Source: a bacterium (GTDB taxonomy: Bacteria > Cyanobacteriota > Vampirovibrionia > Gastranaerophilales > JBAXKC01). Taken from it: DNA of 64,000 nucleotides. Location: NCBI GenBank assembly GCA_037137535.1, contig JBAXKC010000005.1, positions 43,908 to 107,907 of the forward strand. The letters run 5' to 3'. The notes under the pieces are model-generated. The model searched no databases, was not told where the DNA came from, and saw only the letters and a program-made list of their open reading frames with translations. This document shows positions 61,324 to 64,000 of the stretch, piece by piece (the stretch's first letter is position 1; each line of letters begins with the position of its first letter). The position numbers were made by a program, and so were the translations under genes.

Positions 61324-62205
61324 ATGAAAAAACACAGCTTAAATAATTTAATAGAAAACCTTAAACAGCTTGGATTAAAACAAGGTGATACTGTTCTTAT
61401 AAGAGGCGATGTAGGCAAAATCGGCAGAACGGAAAACAAGATAAGTGAAGATATTTTAAACGCTTTTTTTCAAGTGATTGGCGAAGAAGGAACAATAATT
61501 ACTTTAACCTTTACAGAACAATTTCTTTTGCCTTTAATAGATAAAAATTATGTGTTTGCTAAAAAAACACCTTCGAAATCAGGTGCTTTCGCTAGAATAA
61601 TATTAAATTTTCCCGATTCATTAAGAAGTTCTCACCCTACAAGTTCATTTGCCGCAATAGGAAAAAATGCAGAATATCTTTTAAACGGACACGATGAAAA
61701 AGCACATGCTTATTTACCTATTCAAAAATTAATTGAAGTAAACGGAAAAATGTTAATTGTAGGATGTATTGATAATAGTCCCGGCTTTACGACTGTTCAT
61801 CTTGCGCAAGAAAATTTAGGACTTTCTTCAAAGACATTTTTGAAAAATTTAGTCGGCGTTTATTATGAAAAAAACGGACAAAAAAAATTATATAAACGAA
61901 ATAGTATTGGCGGCTGTAGCATGGGCTTTTCAAACTTCTATGAAGAATATAAAAATCAAAATAAATTAATTTCTGGAGTATTTGGCAATGCAGAGTCATT
62001 TTTAATTAATGCTAAAGATGCTTATCAAGTAGAATATGATTTATTAAAAGTTAATCCTAAATTTGCACTATGTAATGATCCATACTGTAAAAGTTGCAGA
62101 GGTATTTGGTTTTACAATATGAAAGAAATGCCTGCTTTTTATATTAGAATATTAAAAAAAGTTTTATTGAATATTCTAAATAAAGATAAATCTTGTAATA
62201 AATAG
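61324..62205 (+). CDS. AAC(3) family N-acetyltransferase
   Basis: LGLKQGDTVL, GEEGTII, RSSHPTSSFAAIG, TTVHLAQE. Confidence 0.85.
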   Translation: MKKHSLNNLIENLKQLGLKQGDTVLIRGDVGKIGRTENKISEDILNAFFQVIGEEGTIITLTFTEQFLLPLIDKNYVFAKKTPSKSGAFARIILNFPDSLRSSHPTSSFAAIGKNAEYLLNGHDEKAHAYLPIQKLIEVNGKMLIVGCIDNSPGFTTVHLAQENLGLSSKTFLKNLVGVYYEKNGQKKLYKRNSIGGCSMGFSNFYEEYKNQNKLISGVFGNAESFLINAKDAYQVEYDLLKVNPKFALCNDPYCKSCRGIWFYNMKEMPAFYIRILKKVLLNILNKDKSCNK

Positions 62206-62222
62206 TAGAAAAGGAAAGAACA

Positions 62223-63245
62223 TTGAATATTTTATTTGAATTGGGACATCCTGCACATGTTCATTTGTTTAGAAACTTTATTTCCTATTTGAAAAAAAAT
62301 GCTCATAATATAACGATAGCAACAAGAAATAAAGAAATAACCAATAATTTACTAGATTATTATGGCTTAGAATATACAAGTCTAAGTGATCCAGCTAATG
62401 GTTTGTTAGGAATGTTAAAAGAACTGCTTCTGCGTGATATTAAAATTTTAGATTTACATAAAAAAAAGAAATTTGATGTCTGTTTTGGCTCTTCAGTTTC
62501 TATTGCTCATTTAACTGCATTAACAGGTGTAAAATCATACTGTTTTTCAGAAGATGATGATCCTGTCGTACCATTATATGTAGCTTTAACTTATCCTTTC
62601 TGCTCAGGTATTGCTGTTCCTTCTTGTTTGGATTATTCAAAATGGAAAAATAAAAGAATTAAACATAATTCTTACCATGAATTAGCCTATTTACATCCTG
62701 ATAATTTTACTCCCGATGAACATATATTAAAAAAATATGGACTTGAAAAAGGAAAATATGCAATTGCGAGATTTTCTGCGTTAAAAGCTCATCATGATAT
62801 TAATGCAAAAGGAATATCAAAATCGTTATGGGAACAGATTGAGCCAATTTTAAACGGATATGAAATAATAAAATCATCTGAAACAGAAAGAGCTCAAAAA
62901 ATCGAGTTATGGGACATGCATCATATTATGGCATTTGCAAAAATGATTATTTCTGATTCCCAGACAATGACAATTGAAGCTGCTGTTTTAGGTGTACCTG
63001 CCGTAAGAATTAATACTTTTATAGGAAAATCTACTGTTATTGATGAGCTTGAGCAAAAATATAAACTTTCATACGGTTTATTGCCTAATCAGGAAAATGA
63101 AATACTTAACACGATAACAGAAATTATTAATGATGCTGATAGTTCGGAAACCTATACGGAAAGACAAAATATTTTTCTTTCTGAAAAAATCGACCTTAAT
63201 AATTGGATGATTGATTTTTTTGAAGAAAAGATTAATAAAATTTGA
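62223..63245 (+). CDS. DUF354 family GT-B-fold protein
   Basis: HPAHVHLF, YHELAYLHP, SQTMTIEAAVLGVPA; TTG start with AGGA RBS. Confidence 0.82.
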   Translation: MNILFELGHPAHVHLFRNFISYLKKNAHNITIATRNKEITNNLLDYYGLEYTSLSDPANGLLGMLKELLLRDIKILDLHKKKKFDVCFGSSVSIAHLTALTGVKSYCFSEDDDPVVPLYVALTYPFCSGIAVPSCLDYSKWKNKRIKHNSYHELAYLHPDNFTPDEHILKKYGLEKGKYAIARFSALKAHHDINAKGISKSLWEQIEPILNGYEIIKSSETERAQKIELWDMHHIMAFAKMIISDSQTMTIEAAVLGVPAVRINTFIGKSTVIDELEQKYKLSYGLLPNQENEILNTITEIINDADSSETYTERQNIFLSEKIDLNNWMIDFFEEKINKI

Positions 63246-63329
63246 TAAATTTATAATATTGGTACTTTTAAGTAGTTTGATATAAAATTTAATAATATTT
63301 ATACTTTTTTACATAAGCTAGGTTGTTAA

Positions 63330-63983
63330 ATGAAAGAATTAAAGACAAATAAAATCTGCACAAGAAGCGTATTTGATGAAACAGTACCTGGTATCACTTT
63401 TAATGAAAAAGGTGAGGCTAACTTTTGCAATATTCACGATAAATTAACAGCGGCTTACCCTAGAGGCGAAGAAGGAAAACAAGAATGGCTTAATTTGGTT
63501 AATAAAATTAAAACCAAAGGCAAAAACAAAAAATATGACTGTATTATAGGAGTCAGTGGTGGAACTGACAGCTGCTATTTGCTTCATTTAGCAAAAGAAT
63601 ACGGACTAAAGCCTTTAGCCGTAAATCTTGATAATGGTTGGAACTCGGAAATAGCTGTTGAAAACATTAAAAAAGTTATTTCAAAGCTTGATATTGATTT
63701 AGAAACTTATGTTATAGATTACGAAGAAATTAAAGATATTCTTCACTCTTATATGAAAGCCTCTTTGCCATGGATTGATACTCCTACTGATTTAGCTATT
63801 ACTTCAATCTTATATAAGATTGCTAATAGTGAAGGGCTTAAACATATTTTAGTCGGCAATGACTTTAGAACTGAGGGTAAACAACCTATTGAATGGACTT
63901 ATGGCGATACAAAACAATTAAAAATTATTCAAAAGTTATTTGGTCGTGACCTGCCCCCGTTTTTCCTAACGATTAGAACTTAG
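63330..63983 (+). pseudogene. N-acetyl sugar amidotransferase (WbpG/PseA-like), 3'-truncated, probably by IS insertion
   Basis: YDCIIGVSGGTDS PP-loop, DNGWNSE; only 217 aa and its last residues read into an IS-like end. Confidence 0.7.
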
Positions 63984-64000
63984 TACTCCACGAGTTTCTA
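63947..64000. mobile_element. Probable terminal inverted repeat of an IS3-family (IS407-like) element, partial
   Basis: Abrupt GC-rich TGACCTGCCCCCGTTTTT, matching the recalled TGACCTGCCCCC end of IS407-group elements, at the point where the CDS loses family-like sequence. Confidence 0.65.

Noticed and set aside
212-61999. Short ORFs (60-132 aa) antisense to or out of frame within long genes, e.g. 212-424, 1882-2175, 24613-24927, 27282-27680, 57024-57329
   Set aside because: Shadow ORFs overlapping well-supported CDSs, with no RBS or family motifs noticed

Overview
AT-rich bacterial chromosome segment. The gene set (cyanobacteria-like housekeeping proteins, SLH surface protein, an [FeFe]-hydrogenase-family protein, no photosynthesis genes, lineage-style orphans with N-terminal 'F-x-G/A' motifs) suggests Melainabacteria/Vampirovibrionia (Gastranaerophilales-like); this is an inference. 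Core genes: rsmG, dapB-asd-dapA, MoeB/ThiF, SWIM-SNF2, CtpA, ribF, ndk, tgt, cobO, mnmA, polA, a Ni/Co ECF transporter, uvrA, lrgAB-like. Accessory genes: an operon of two paralogous orphan membrane proteins plus a GH13 enzyme, a sensory [FeFe]-hydrogenase-MCP fusion, a STAND-TPR protein, a type I secretion system (HlyB/HlyD/TolC), an RTX protein with a papain-like domain inserted inside one repeat, and the start of a surface-glycan locus whose last gene appears cut by an IS3-family end. Elements missing from the ORF track: a 41-aa ORF that is a stand-alone copy of the N-terminal domain of the next gene (domain-acidic linker-winged helix), and a rod-shaped minus-strand RNA resembling 6S RNA. 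No rRNA, tRNA or CRISPR array was seen. All assignments are by eye, without database searches.
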